The position numbers and the translations under genes were made by a program. DNA of 64,000 nt from positions 9,331-73,330 of the forward strand of contig CAOKQZ010000004.1 in NCBI GenBank assembly GCA_948471055.1, read 5' to 3'. A model generated the notes under the pieces. That model ran no database searches, had not been told where the DNA came from, and saw nothing but the letters and a program-made list of their open reading frames with translations. Origin of the DNA: an uncultured Clostridium sp. Lineage in GTDB: Bacteria > Bacillota > Clostridia > TANB77 > CAG-508. This document shows positions 39,832 through 51,070 of this stretch, piece after piece (position 1 is the first letter of the stretch; each line of letters opens with the position of its first letter).

Positions 39832-40728
39832 TTACTCTACTCCTATTTTATTTTCTGCTAAATCTTTTAAAAATTTTCCATATTCTGTTTTCATGAATTG
39901 ATCTGCTAATACAGATAACTGCTCTGGAGTAATCCATTCTTTACGAAATGCAATTTCCTCTGGGCAACAAATTTGCATACCTTGTCTTTTTTCAATGGTT
40001 TGTACAAAACTTGCGGTTTCTAGCAAAGAATCGTGTGTCCCAGTATCAAACCAAGTCATAGCACGACCTAGCTTTTCTACCTTTAATCGTCCTTGTTTCA
40101 TATATTCTTCATTAATCGAAGTAATCTCCAATTCTCCTCTTGCTGAAGGTTTCACATTTTTCGCAATATTAACTACATCATTGGTATAGAAATACAAGCC
40201 TGGAACCGCATAATGCGATTTTGGAATTTCTGGTTTTTCTTCAATCGAAACCGCATGTCCATCTTGGTTAATTTCTACTACTCCATAGGCAGATGGGTCT
40301 TTTACATAATAACCAAATATGGTAGCCTCATCCTCTCGTTCATTGGCACGTTTTAGTAATTTACATAGGTTATGTCCATAGAACATATTATCCCCTAAAA
40401 TCATGGCAACATTATCCTCACCAATAAACTCTTCCGCCAAAATAAACGCATCTGCAAGCCCTCTTGGCTTCTCTTGCACCTTATACGAAAACTGCATGCC
40501 CCATTTGGAGCCATCACCAAGAAGCTCTTGAAACGTTACAATATCTCTTGGAGTAGAAATAATAAGCACTTCACGAATATTTGCTTCCATTAAGACAGAT
40601 AATGGGTAGTAAATCATTGGTTTATCATACACTGGCATGATTTGTTTTGATATAGCAAGGGTAAGTGGATATAACCTTGTTGCACTTCCACCTGCTAAAA
40701 TAATTCCTTTACGATTTTTCATTTTCAT
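39832..40728 (-). CDS. rfbA: Glucose-1-phosphate thymidylyltransferase
   Basis: [16 protein letters not shown]. Confidence 0.92.
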   Translation of the reverse strand: MKMKNRKGIILAGGSATRLYPLTLAISKQIMPVYDKPMIYYPLSVLMEANIREVLIISTPRDIVTFQELLGDGSKWGMQFSYKVQEKPRGLADAFILAEEFIGEDNVAMILGDNMFYGHNLCKLLKRANEREDEATIFGYYVKDPSAYGVVEINQDGHAVSIEEKPEIPKSHYAVPGLYFYTNDVVNIAKNVKPSARGELEITSINEEYMKQGRLKVEKLGRAMTWFDTGTHDSLLETASFVQTIEKRQGMQICCPEEIAFRKEWITPEQLSVLADQFMKTEYGKFLKDLAENKIGVE

Positions 40729-40732
40729 TCTC

Positions 40733-41847
40733 CTATTTTAATTCTAATACTTTTTCTACTTCTATCGTATTATTTTGTTTTTTTAATTTCTGTTTATTAT
40801 AAATATTATATAGTTTGTCTATCAATTTATCAACTACTCTTTTTTCAACTATTTGCATACGAATTTGGTCAATAATAGTACATACAACAAATACAGCAAT
40901 TACGCTAAACACAAAATGAATCATCAAATATGGCGATGTAGCATATGTATTATTCTTTAATACTTTTCCCCACAGAAAATCCCTCATATAGACATTATCA
41001 TGTATTAAATAAACTCCAAATGTAGAACTTGCTATTAAATTAAGCACTTTACTTTACTTTGCTTTAACTTCATGTTTTTAAATACAATAAATAATGTTAT
41101 GGATAATATTAATAATGGCAAACTATTTACAATTCCAAAGTATGTTATATAATATTTTGCATCTGGATTAACTGCTGTTAGCAAATTAAACCCTATTGTT
41201 GTAATTATCATAAAAAGAATTATCATCCCACTATATTTCACATTCTTTACCATTGTTTCTGTGTATTTATTGGGATATTTTCGTATGTAGCCTGCTATAT
41301 AGTACAACGTAACAAACCAAATTACATGTGAGAATTCAAAATTGCGAGTTGTAATTGTTGGTATAATTGAAAATATTGCCACTAATGTAAAACATAAATA
41401 TCGATGTTGCTTTTCATTAAAACTGCTTATCGATTGATTTATGAATGGTATTAATACATATAATATAACATATGTCGTTCCAAACCAATATGCGTTTTGT
41501 GTAATTGCAAATATTGAATTTATTATTCCTCTGAACGTAAATGGTATTATATTAAAGCAAGTAAAAATAATGTATATCGATGTTGAATAAAATACAATTT
41601 CTAGCATAATTTTTATCAATTTCTTTATGTTCATTTTCGACTGAACCATAAAGTATCCTGTAATTAATACAAAACAATTAACACCTAACTTGCCACCCAA
41701 TGATAGTATATCTAACATTATTTTATTAACCGTTGTCATTTCCCATTCAAATTGCCCATGCACAACATAATGGTGCATAATGATTAAAATCATACTTACA
41801 ATTCTTAATAATTCCAAATTTGAGTTACGTTCTTTTTTCTTTTCCAT
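40733..41847 (-). pseudogene. Acyltransferase-3 family (O-acetyltransferase) split by a 5-nt tandem duplication
   Basis: The plus strand carries (CTTTA)2CTTTG at 41047-41061. Removing one 5-nt unit joins ...KLKQSK to VLNLIASSTFGVYLIHD. Confidence 0.7.
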
Positions 41848-41849
41848 AT

Positions 41850-42698
41850 TTATTCCTTATTTAATTCTATTTTTAAATATCGGTTCAATGCATCTTCATA
41901 AGTTGGTATTTCAATTCCTTCCTTTAATAGCTTGTCTTTCGATAATTTTGAATTTTTAGGACGTTTTGCAGCACTTGCAAACTCTTCTGATGTAACTGGA
42001 TTTACTTTACAAGAAATATTTGCCTTTTCAAATATTTGCTTTGTAAATTCGTACCATGTCGTATAGCCTAAATTTGTAGCATGGTAGATACCATATGGAA
42101 TTTGTTTACTGATTGCCTGATGAATGATACTTGCAAGGTCAACCGCATATGTTGGGCTTCCATGTTGGTCAGATACAACATTAATTTGTTCCTTTTCCTT
42201 ACCTAGTTTTAGCATGGTTCTTACGAAGTTATTTCCGTCACCATATAGCCATGCAGTACGGAATATGTAGTATTGGAAACAACTATCCACAATTGCATTT
42301 TCTCCCTCTAGTTTTGTTGTACCATATACAGACTCTGGCGCTTTTTCATCCATTTCCGTATAATCCTCTTCTACTGGCTTTGCTCCTCCAAATACATAGT
42401 CTGTGCTAATGTGAATTAACGTAGCATTTTCTTCATTTGCAACAATTGCAAGGTTCTTTGGTCCAAGTGCATTTACTTTTCTTGCTAATTCTTCTTGCTC
42501 CTCTGCCTTGTCAACAGCGGTGTAGGCTGCACAGTTTATGATGTACTGTGGTTTGTTTTCTTCTACAAATTTTCTTACCATGTCTATATTGGTAATATCT
42601 AATTCTGCCACATCGGTTAGAATTAATTCTTCGTTTTTTAGTTCATTTTGAACCGCTTTTGCAAGCATTCCATTTGCTCCTGTAATTAAAATTTTCAT
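41850..42698 (-). CDS. rfbD: dTDP-4-dehydrorhamnose reductase
   Basis: MKILITGANGMLA ... Y..TK pattern. Confidence 0.9.
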   Translation of the reverse strand: MKILITGANGMLAKAVQNELKNEELILTDVAELDITNIDMVRKFVEENKPQYIINCAAYTAVDKAEEQEELARKVNALGPKNLAIVANEENATLIHISTDYVFGGAKPVEEDYTEMDEKAPESVYGTTKLEGENAIVDSCFQYYIFRTAWLYGDGNNFVRTMLKLGKEKEQINVVSDQHGSPTYAVDLASIIHQAISKQIPYGIYHATNLGYTTWYEFTKQIFEKANISCKVNPVTSEEFASAAKRPKNSKLSKDKLLKEGIEIPTYEDALNRYLKIELNKE

Positions 42699-42799
42699 TG
42701 GTTATCAATCTCCTATCTTAAAATTTAGGGTTAAAAACAACTATATATTATTACATTTTATACTATATTTCAATAGTTTGTTAATAAAATTATTGGTAA

Positions 42800-44266
42800 T
42801 CATTCAGTTATACTCTCTCTTGTTTTATTCTTTTTTAGATATTTTTTTACTAAACTTAATAAAATAAAAATTTCAGTATTTTTTAACAGAACTTGTATAA
42901 CAAAATAAATAAAAATAGAAATACTTACACATAAAAATGTTTCAATATATAAACTTAAATTTAATAATTTTATACTAAAACAACTAATTCCAATTGCAAT
43001 GCAGCCTACTATGACATCTCTTATGCATTTCTTAGTTTCTTTTAATGAAATAATATCTTTAGAATGATAATAGCAAATAATCATTGCAATTAATTGAGAT
43101 ATGAATGTCGTAAAAGCAACGGCATTTTGTTTAAAAGTCGGAATAAGCATGAAGTTCATAACTATATTCACACTAGCACTAATTATTGTAGCTTTTAAAA
43201 ATTTTTTTTCTCTGTTGTATGGTATTAAAATACTTGTCCCAAATAAACAAGCTACTAAAGCACATATTAAAGCTAAGCTTAACCATTTCAATGATATAGT
43301 TGCTTGAATATATGCATTTCCTGAAATCATTACTATTGCATTACTACTCATACAGAACAATCCAACCATTGCTGGAAGTGATAATATTATTAAAATGTTA
43401 AAAACTTTAATAAATAAATTATTAAACTCTTTAGCATTTCCAACATACATTGTTAATCTTGGTATAGTCACAGTGATTACAGCAACCATAACTTGTTTCA
43501 CTATATTGTATATTTTAACAGCTGTACTATATAATCCAACACTTTTATCATCAATTAACCACCCTAATATTGTCATGTCAGAGTTAACATATATAGTAGT
43601 TGCAATTGATGTACTAAATATAATTAAAATAGGCTTTATGTGTCTTTTTAAATTACTTATTTTTATCTTTTCAATCTTTACATATTTTTTGGATTTAAGT
43701 CCATATATTAAATTAGCACCTGTCGACGAAATAACGCTAATTATAGCATATATGTATATATCTTTTGGTGAATGCACTAGTATAAAAAGCAATACTGTTG
43801 ATACAATTTGAAATAATACTTGAACTATAGTAATAAAGCCAAACTCTTCAAAAATATTATAAACCCAAGATCTTCCATAAACGTTAAGTGCTAATTGACA
43901 GCTTAAAATAAATATTATTACTTCATAATTCTTTAATTTTGGAATAAAGATTACTGATGCAAGCAATAATATATATGCTAAAAATGTTGATATCCAATTT
44001 ATCACATACATTTCGCTTCCAAATTGATTAATTTTTTTTGTATTTTCTCTTATTTTCGCTCCTTCTCTAATAGCATATGTACTTAAGCCTAATCCGGCAA
44101 TTAATATAAAGTAGCTAATTATAGATGCTGAAAAATTATATCTTCCTATTTCGTCAACCTGTAAAATTCTAGAAATATATGGAAATGTTATTATAGGAAC
44201 TATCAACGATAAAATTGTTTTTGCCATTGATAATATTGCATTTTTTGCAATTGATTTCTTCTTCAT
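42800..44266 (-). CDS. wzx: Oligosaccharide flippase (Wzx, MOP superfamily)
   Basis: 488 aa with about 12-14 TM segments, located in the polysaccharide locus. Confidence 0.75.
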   Translation of the reverse strand: MKKKSIAKNAILSMAKTILSLIVPIITFPYISRILQVDEIGRYNFSASIISYFILIAGLGLSTYAIREGAKIRENTKKINQFGSEMYVINWISTFLAYILLLASVIFIPKLKNYEVIIFILSCQLALNVYGRSWVYNIFEEFGFITIVQVLFQIVSTVLLFILVHSPKDIYIYAIISVISSTGANLIYGLKSKKYVKIEKIKISNLKRHIKPILIIFSTSIATTIYVNSDMTILGWLIDDKSVGLYSTAVKIYNIVKQVMVAVITVTIPRLTMYVGNAKEFNNLFIKVFNILIILSLPAMVGLFCMSSNAIVMISGNAYIQATISLKWLSLALICALVACLFGTSILIPYNREKKFLKATIISASVNIVMNFMLIPTFKQNAVAFTTFISQLIAMIICYYHSKDIISLKETKKCIRDVIVGCIAIGISCFSIKLLNLSLYIETFLCVSISIFIYFVIQVLLKNTEIFILLSLVKKYLKKNKTRESITE

Positions 44267-44289
44267 TTTTCCTCCTACCTCTAGTACAA

Positions 44290-45504
44290 TTAATATTTAA
44301 ACTTACATAATCTTTCTATTTTTCCTTTTAATTTTCTTACTAATCTTTTTATATACCATTCATAATACATTACTCTTAAAGTTGATTTATTAACTGAAGT
44401 CACATACCCATTATTGGGATACAGTCTTCTAAATTTTTTTCTACATTTCGATGGTTTTGTTCCTCCTCTTAAGCTTGGGCCTCCATTAACTGCCTCTTGA
44501 ATATCTCTTTCTTGAATATAAATATCACTTCCATCTAATTCTTGAAGGACATTTTGTCCTTTTTCCGTATTTATTATAATTAGTGAAGGATTACTTATTT
44601 TAAAGTTATTATAGATATCTTTTCCAATTCCAATAAAATCTCCAATTGAAATGTCTCCAATCCTTTCTATTCTTTTATATTTACAATCTAAACAACACTC
44701 TTTAGTAATTATAGAATTTAAAAATGCATAAAAATATCTTTGCTTTTCAGCCTTTTTCTTATAAATTATCTTGTTTTTGTTCATTAAACACAAATAATAA
44801 TTTTTAGATATATCATTACTCCTAAAAGAAATCGAATCACACTCACAATTTATATCTTTTTCTATATCAATTACTTCTTCTTTAAGATACGCATTAGGTA
44901 CAGAACCATGACATAAAAAATCTACTATTAATAGATTTTCTTTAAGCTTTTTTCTTTGTTCATTTATATTAAAAAAAGCATTTACTCCTGCCACTTGACA
45001 AGGCGAACTAATAAACAAAACCTTTTTCCCATCTTCTAAATCATTTAGAATTTTTCCGTAGACATTTTGAATATCTGCTTGAGCATATTTTGATCCTTTA
45101 AATAGCTTAATTTCATTAAAAGTAGTCGCTCTAGAAAAAATAACCCCTTTTCTTTTTTCAAATTTTACTCCATACACGACACCTGAATTTTTTATATAAT
45201 ACTCTGATAACAACATTGCGAATCCACCAGAAGAACTATCTCTTCTTTCATTTGAATCTTTTCTCCAACTGACATAACATTTAATTGGATATGCAAACAT
45301 ATTGCTATTATTAGGACATGATTTTCTACATAATCCACAATCAATACATTTATCATAGTCTATTTCAGGATGTATCTCATTGTACTCATTATTTTTCATT
45401 GTAATACAATTTTTAGGGCATATATTTTTACAAAGCGCGCACCCTGTACATTTTTCTTTTATACATATATTCTTTTTTAATCTTCTATTGCTTTCATTAG
45501 CCAT
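44290..45504 (-). CDS. FrhB-like (coenzyme F420 hydrogenase/dehydrogenase beta-type) iron-sulfur protein
   Basis: Two 4Fe-4S motifs (CTGCALCKNICP and CIDCGLCRKSCP). This protein type typically partners with polysaccharide pyruvyl transferases. Confidence 0.7.
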   Translation of the reverse strand: MANESNRRLKKNICIKEKCTGCALCKNICPKNCITMKNNEYNEIHPEIDYDKCIDCGLCRKSCPNNSNMFAYPIKCYVSWRKDSNERRDSSSGGFAMLLSEYYIKNSGVVYGVKFEKRKGVIFSRATTFNEIKLFKGSKYAQADIQNVYGKILNDLEDGKKVLFISSPCQVAGVNAFFNINEQRKKLKENLLIVDFLCHGSVPNAYLKEEVIDIEKDINCECDSISFRSNDISKNYYLCLMNKNKIIYKKKAEKQRYFYAFLNSIITKECCLDCKYKRIERIGDISIGDFIGIGKDIYNNFKISNPSLIIINTEKGQNVLQELDGSDIYIQERDIQEAVNGGPSLRGGTKPSKCRKKFRRLYPNNGYVTSVNKSTLRVMYYEWYIKRLVRKLKGKIERLCKFKY

Positions 45505-46607
45505 TGTTTTGATATATCCCTTTCTCTTTTTAGTTTTTCTAAAATAAAATCATAATTTTCAATACTAGATTTTAAAAAATAGCTTTCATCATTAATCAAT
45601 CTATTTTCTAGGTTTATCTTCTTTAATAAATTAGTTAATCTTCCATTTTGGGATTTTTTGCTACTATCGTTAAACCTTTTTAATACATAAAATTCTTTTT
45701 TAAATTGTATTGAAAATAAAGTTGCATGAAATGAATCTGTACAAATTATGGAAGCATTTTTTATTAACCATAAAAATTCTTTTGGAGTAGCTTTAACATA
45801 TTTATCATATTTATTTACAAATGCTTCGTTATGAATTGGCAAGACTATAACTTTATAATCTGTAGTTTTTCTTATTTTTTCAACATATTTCCAATATTTT
45901 TTATTCTTTCCAACAAAATAACATAAAATATATTTAGACGGAATTTCTTGTAGTTCTATATCTGCTTCTTTTAGTAAGAATTTCCAATCATCGGAATCAA
46001 GTAATAATGTGGGGTCTACAACTTCTACTATTTCTTTATTTAAAAATACAGATAAAGCCTCTCTTGATTGTTGCTCCCTAACACTAATTTTATCAAACCT
46101 ATTTAACAATCTAGTATACTCATCAATATATTCACTTGGTATATCTTTTACTCCTACGCTTGAAGCATATGATATCTTTCTTTTATCTTCGTTTGCAATA
46201 GATAACATGTTAATATCCTTAAAAACGGATGGATTCCATATTTGATCACTTCCCGCAATGAATATATCTGTTATATTATTTAACTCACAAATATCCTCTT
46301 CCGAATGAATGGTAAATACTTTGTCATAATCATTCACAAATTTTGCTTGCATTTCATTTTTTATTGTAATATCTTTACGATATTTTGCTCTATAAAAAAA
46401 TTGTAAATTCACTAGTTGTTTTAATTTGTCCAATGCTTTTTTTAATCTACTTCTATTTTCCACCTTTTCTTTCTTTCTACCATCTTCCACAAAATATACA
46501 TTAAATCCATTGTTTTCTAAAAAATATTTCAATGCTATAGCTTGTAGTCCTGTACCATAATTTGCAGGTCCATACCAAGTGGCAATACAAATATTATTCT
46601 TTTTCAT
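45477..46607 (-). CDS. Polysaccharide pyruvyl transferase family protein
   Basis: ATWYGPANYGTGLQ ... AGSDQIWNP. Confidence 0.7.
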   Translation of the reverse strand: MKKNNICIATWYGPANYGTGLQAIALKYFLENNGFNVYFVEDGRKKEKVENRSRLKKALDKLKQLVNLQFFYRAKYRKDITIKNEMQAKFVNDYDKVFTIHSEEDICELNNITDIFIAGSDQIWNPSVFKDINMLSIANEDKRKISYASSVGVKDIPSEYIDEYTRLLNRFDKISVREQQSREALSVFLNKEIVEVVDPTLLLDSDDWKFLLKEADIELQEIPSKYILCYFVGKNKKYWKYVEKIRKTTDYKVIVLPIHNEAFVNKYDKYVKATPKEFLWLIKNASIICTDSFHATLFSIQFKKEFYVLKRFNDSSKKSQNGRLTNLLKKINLENRLINDESYFLKSSIENYDFILEKLKRERDISKQWLMKAIED

Positions 46608-47645
46608 ACTTTCTCCTTTTCTAATTCTATCCTTTTTATTATATCATTAATTAATTTATTGGATGAGAAATCATCTTTATAGTTATAATTAACTTTACTG
46701 TTATCTTTTACCCAATCCCAATCAATATGCTCTACTTTTTCAAAGTAGAACATATATTTAGGATCATAATATTTATAATTTAGAATACTTTTATTGTTAG
46801 TTAACAATTTTCTATTGTATGCAACTGCTTCATATGGCCTTAATGTTAATGCAGCTTGTCCTTCTTGTACAATTTCTAAAATACATGAAGCTTGTAATGA
46901 ATTATTTAAAACCTCTTGATACTTTAAATAATTGTTACCAATATGTAGATTGACATCATTTTTAAAACAATCAAAATCTTCTTTTTCATTACAGTTGCAT
47001 ATAATATCCATTTTAATATTAATATTCCTTTTTTTAGCCTCACTTAATACTTTCTTCAACTGTTCATTTCTATTCTTCGTTACCCCACAAAAGTATACAT
47101 CTTTATTAGGTTTTATTTCTGTAAATTCATAAATTTTTGCATATGGTGTCGGCCAATAGATTAATTTATATGTTTTTGCATCACTTGGATCAACAGTATA
47201 TATCAAATCAAATATACCGTTTATTTCTCAAAACATTAGCATTATGACTAACTGGATGACTTATAATATCTATATAAAACAGAATATATTTAACATTTCT
47301 TATTTTTTTCTTATATCTTGATAGAATATTATATGGATAGGCTGGTTCTAAAAAACTACTATTTAAGAAAATCACAAAAACATTTTTATACTCTAAACTT
47401 AACTCTTTGATTGTATTATATAATTTATACTCACAATTTAAAAATATGTTGAAAATTCCCTTAGTTAATTTCTGTACTTTATCCTTTTTTAAAAAATTTA
47501 AGATTTTTGATTTTCTATTAACTTCTACATATTTATAAAAATATTCCATTTTAATAGAATCATAAAATATAGTATCTATCATATAATTATAAGTTGATTC
47601 ACATTCAACTAATACTACTGCATTTTCTTTCTTATCATTCTTCAT
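46604..47645 (-). CDS. Hypothetical polysaccharide-locus protein (~346 aa); frame needs a +1 shift at CGG (47217-47219)
   Basis: The 145-aa and 200-aa ORFs join as ...VLRNK-G-IFDLIYTVDPSD. Junction AAA-C-GGT-ATA. Confidence 0.6.
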
Positions 47646-47661
47646 ATTTTTCCTCTCTTAT

Positions 47662-48636
47662 TTAGCAATACCGTATTAATTTATACAATTTATAAGTAAT
47701 ACTATTAGTACATAATATAATAATAAGCCATATTCCTCTTTTTAATGATATATCTTTTTGCTTTAAATAACATTTTAACCTTTCTTTTAGTACACTTTTA
47801 TAAATATCATATTGGTTTTTGAATTTAATATATCCATTTGTAGTCTTTAATATTTTTAATTGCGTATTAATACACGAATTAGCAGTAATTGCCATCATTA
47901 TATCTTTTAAATCTGCATATTTATCTATAATAAATTTTTCATTTTCTAAATCATGTTTTAAAACAATATCAAATTTATTTGAATATTCTGATTTACTTAT
48001 TCCTGTTCCATTAAATCTATAATAATAGTAGTACGAGTTACCCAAGACAAAAACTCTTTGGCACTTATCAAAAATTCTATACATGATAGCAACATCTTCA
48101 TGTATCTCTCCTTCTGGAAATTTTAAATTATTAAAAATTTCCCTATCATACATTTTCCCCCAAGCAGCAATTCCAACATCTTTGTCGAATGCTGACAACC
48201 TTATTATGTCTTTTATATCTAATATTTGATCTTCTAATAATCCTCTCTTATAAAATGTATTTTCACTTTCATAAACCACTTTTCCACAACACGCTAATTT
48301 TACATTAAACTTTTTTAAAGAGTTATATAATGATTTTACCATATTTTTATCTATCCAGTCGTCGCTATCTATAAACATAAAATATTTGCCTTTTGCGTTT
48401 TTTATTCCTACGTTTCTTGCAGCAGATAAGCCAGCATTTCTTTGTTGAACAATATGCACTCTTTTATCTTTTTCACTGTAGCCTTCACATATTTTTAAAG
48501 AATTATCTGTAGAACCATCATTTACCAATATAATTTCTATATTTTGATATGTTTGCTCTAAAACACTATTTAAACATTTCTCCAAATATCTTTCAACATT
48601 GTATACAGGAATTATTATCGAAATTAATTCATTCAT
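47662..48636 (-). CDS. Family 2 glycosyltransferase
   Basis: ISIIIPVYNVERYLEKCLNSVLEQTY..IEIILVNDGSTD. In-frame CGG lies 3 codons before the stop. Confidence 0.85.
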   Translation of the reverse strand: MNELISIIIPVYNVERYLEKCLNSVLEQTYQNIEIILVNDGSTDNSLKICEGYSEKDKRVHIVQQRNAGLSAARNVGIKNAKGKYFMFIDSDDWIDKNMVKSLYNSLKKFNVKLACCGKVVYESENTFYKRGLLEDQILDIKDIIRLSAFDKDVGIAAWGKMYDREIFNNLKFPEGEIHEDVAIMYRIFDKCQRVFVLGNSYYYYYRFNGTGISKSEYSNKFDIVLKHDLENEKFIIDKYADLKDIMMAITANSCINTQLKILKTTNGYIKFKNQYDIYKSVLKERLKCYLKQKDISLKRGIWLIIILCTNSITYKLYKLIRYC

Positions 48637-48785
48637 GTAATCTTCCTTTCTATTATAATATTTCTATCTCTCTAAAAACAATTGCTCCTTTATAGCTTTT
48701 TTCTTATTTCACATTATTTTTTAATCTACTTTATCCTTTCGCTTATATAATAATACAATTATCTTACATTATTAATGACATTACT

Positions 48786-49811
48786 TCATTGGTAATTTTT
48801 ACATATTTTATATAAAATTCTTGCTCTATTAGTAAAAACTAATAAATCAAAAACGATTTGTTGCAAACTCCTTTTATATGCAACTTTTATATTTTTTCTA
48901 ACACATTCGTCATTACACATTTTTCTTATGTTACTAATAGCTATATTATAATCATTCATAATCTCTTGTTTTATACATGCCCTTACACTTCCAATAAATA
49001 TTGAAGAGATTCCCTTTTTAACATTTTGGTATATTCCTATCTTCTCTGCTTTTCTTACTAATTCATAATATAATATTTTGTTTTTTTCTAATCGATCAAC
49101 TTTATATGTTTTTGTTAATGAGGTATCGTTATCACAATGGTAATAAAAAATATTTCTAACAAAAGTAATACAATCACTTTTAGGAATATAATCCAAGTGA
49201 AATATATAATCTTCTGAAATAAACTTACGTTCTGAACAAAACAAAATACTATTTTGTTCAAATATTTCCTTTTTATAGATTGCTTTCCATACTCCCCCCA
49301 ATTCTAAATAAGATTTTGTTTTCTCTGTTTTTGCCTTAGATTGTAACATATTGTATAAAACATCTTGTATAATCTCTTCCCCTCTAAATGTATCTTTTGC
49401 AAATGGATTAACAATTCTTTTTCTCTCTTTTTGATTTATATCAAGAAATTTTACTCCACAAAAACAAATATCTGCATTTTCTTGTTTTGCTTTCTTGTAC
49501 ATTTCTTCATAAGCATTTTTATCTATATAGTCATCTGAATCTATAAATGCAAGATATTCTCCTTTTGAAACATTTATCCCAACATTTCTAGATAATCCTA
49601 ATCCTTCGTTTTCTTTATGTATAACCTTTATTCTTTTGTCCTGTTTAACGTATTTGTCGCACATTTTTCCACAATTATCAGGTGATTCATCATCTATTAA
49701 TATGATTTCTATTTCCTGTAATGTTTGGTGTATTAAGCTTTGAACACATCTATCCAAGTATCTTTCCACTTTATAAATAGGTACAATAATTGATATCTTT
49801 ACATTTTCCAT
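48786..49811 (-). CDS. Family 2 glycosyltransferase
   Basis: ISIIVPIYKVERYLDRCVQSLIHQT..IEIILIDDESPD. Confidence 0.85.
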   Translation of the reverse strand: MENVKISIIVPIYKVERYLDRCVQSLIHQTLQEIEIILIDDESPDNCGKMCDKYVKQDKRIKVIHKENEGLGLSRNVGINVSKGEYLAFIDSDDYIDKNAYEEMYKKAKQENADICFCGVKFLDINQKERKRIVNPFAKDTFRGEEIIQDVLYNMLQSKAKTEKTKSYLELGGVWKAIYKKEIFEQNSILFCSERKFISEDYIFHLDYIPKSDCITFVRNIFYYHCDNDTSLTKTYKVDRLEKNKILYYELVRKAEKIGIYQNVKKGISSIFIGSVRACIKQEIMNDYNIAISNIRKMCNDECVRKNIKVAYKRSLQQIVFDLLVFTNRARILYKICKNYQ

Positions 49812-49816
49812 TCCTT

Positions 49817-51070
49817 CTAACTCTCTTCCTTCTCATGTTTTAATAATATTGCTAATAAAAATGCCATTGGCATTGCTGTTGGATTAACAAATGCAGATTC
49901 AGCCGTACTTGCTATCATTAAATATGCAAGTACTATAATTGCCGAAAAGTATTCTAATTTTTTTTGTTTTTGATATAGTTTTTGTATTTTCAAAAATAGC
50001 ATTAATATTATGATGGCATACGCTATAAAACCTATTATCCCAAATTGACCTAATATCATAGGCCAAAACGTATCTGATACATATGGTGCATTGTCCTCTT
50101 TCAATCCATATATATTACTTATATTATATATTTGATATATAGGCGAATACTTGACTCCCGAAATATAGGAAGCAAATGTTCCGAATCCTGTTCCTAATGG
50201 AAAATAGTCTAGTGCTATATAAAAAGATGTTTTCATTAAAACAGTTCTTGCAAAATCTGAGCCTTGTATCAAGTAAAAATACAGTTGATCAAATGCTATT
50301 ACAATAGCTATTAATGCTATTAACAATATTTTTCTTAAATCTATTTTTTTCTTGAATTTTACAATAAAAATATAAAGTACCAATATAACCCCAATAAATG
50401 CAATTGCTTTTATTCTTAGAGTACTTGCCATTAATAATATTAACATAATCATCGCAACAATATTACTCACTTTATATTTCTCATCATTACACCAAAATAG
50501 TAATGAAAATATAGAACCACACATAGCAACTAAAACAGTAGGATGGCTATAGAATAGTTTTATTATTTTTATTCCATATCTCTCCCCTATATCATACCAA
50601 TTGAACATATAGCTTAAAATCATTATCACAAATAGAATAATGACAATAATTTTACAATGCTTTACTATCTTAAACTTATATTTGTCAATGTCAAAATTTG
50701 TGAATAGCATCATAGTCGTATAGATTGTTAGTATAAACTTTATAACTAATAAAATATCTATAAGTACTCCTGAAATTTCTTGATAATTGTACACTATGTT
50801 AGACATTAAACCTGTTACTAAGATAACTATCACACATAAAAATATAACACTATCTTCCTTTTTCACTTTCCAATTCATTCTTTTCTTTAATATTTTAAAA
50901 AGAATCAACGGAAAAAACAAAATTGCATATAACTCGTCAAAATATTTAAAAATTGATATATACTTAGCTATAAAATCTTGAAATATGTACATATAAAATA
51001 TAACGGTAAATAGTATATACTTATTTTTTTCTAATACTGTTCTATTTTTTATATTAAAAACCTTTTTCAT
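49817..51070 (-). CDS. wzy: O-antigen/polysaccharide polymerase (Wzy, O-antigen ligase-like)
   Basis: 417 aa, polytopic, very AT-rich, located in the polysaccharide locus. Confidence 0.65.
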   Translation of the reverse strand: MKKVFNIKNRTVLEKNKYILFTVIFYMYIFQDFIAKYISIFKYFDELYAILFFPLILFKILKKRMNWKVKKEDSVIFLCVIVILVTGLMSNIVYNYQEISGVLIDILLVIKFILTIYTTMMLFTNFDIDKYKFKIVKHCKIIVIILFVIMILSYMFNWYDIGERYGIKIIKLFYSHPTVLVAMCGSIFSLLFWCNDEKYKVSNIVAMIMLILLMASTLRIKAIAFIGVILVLYIFIVKFKKKIDLRKILLIALIAIVIAFDQLYFYLIQGSDFARTVLMKTSFYIALDYFPLGTGFGTFASYISGVKYSPIYQIYNISNIYGLKEDNAPYVSDTFWPMILGQFGIIGFIAYAIIILMLFLKIQKLYQKQKKLEYFSAIIVLAYLMIASTAESAFVNPTAMPMAFLLAILLKHEKEES

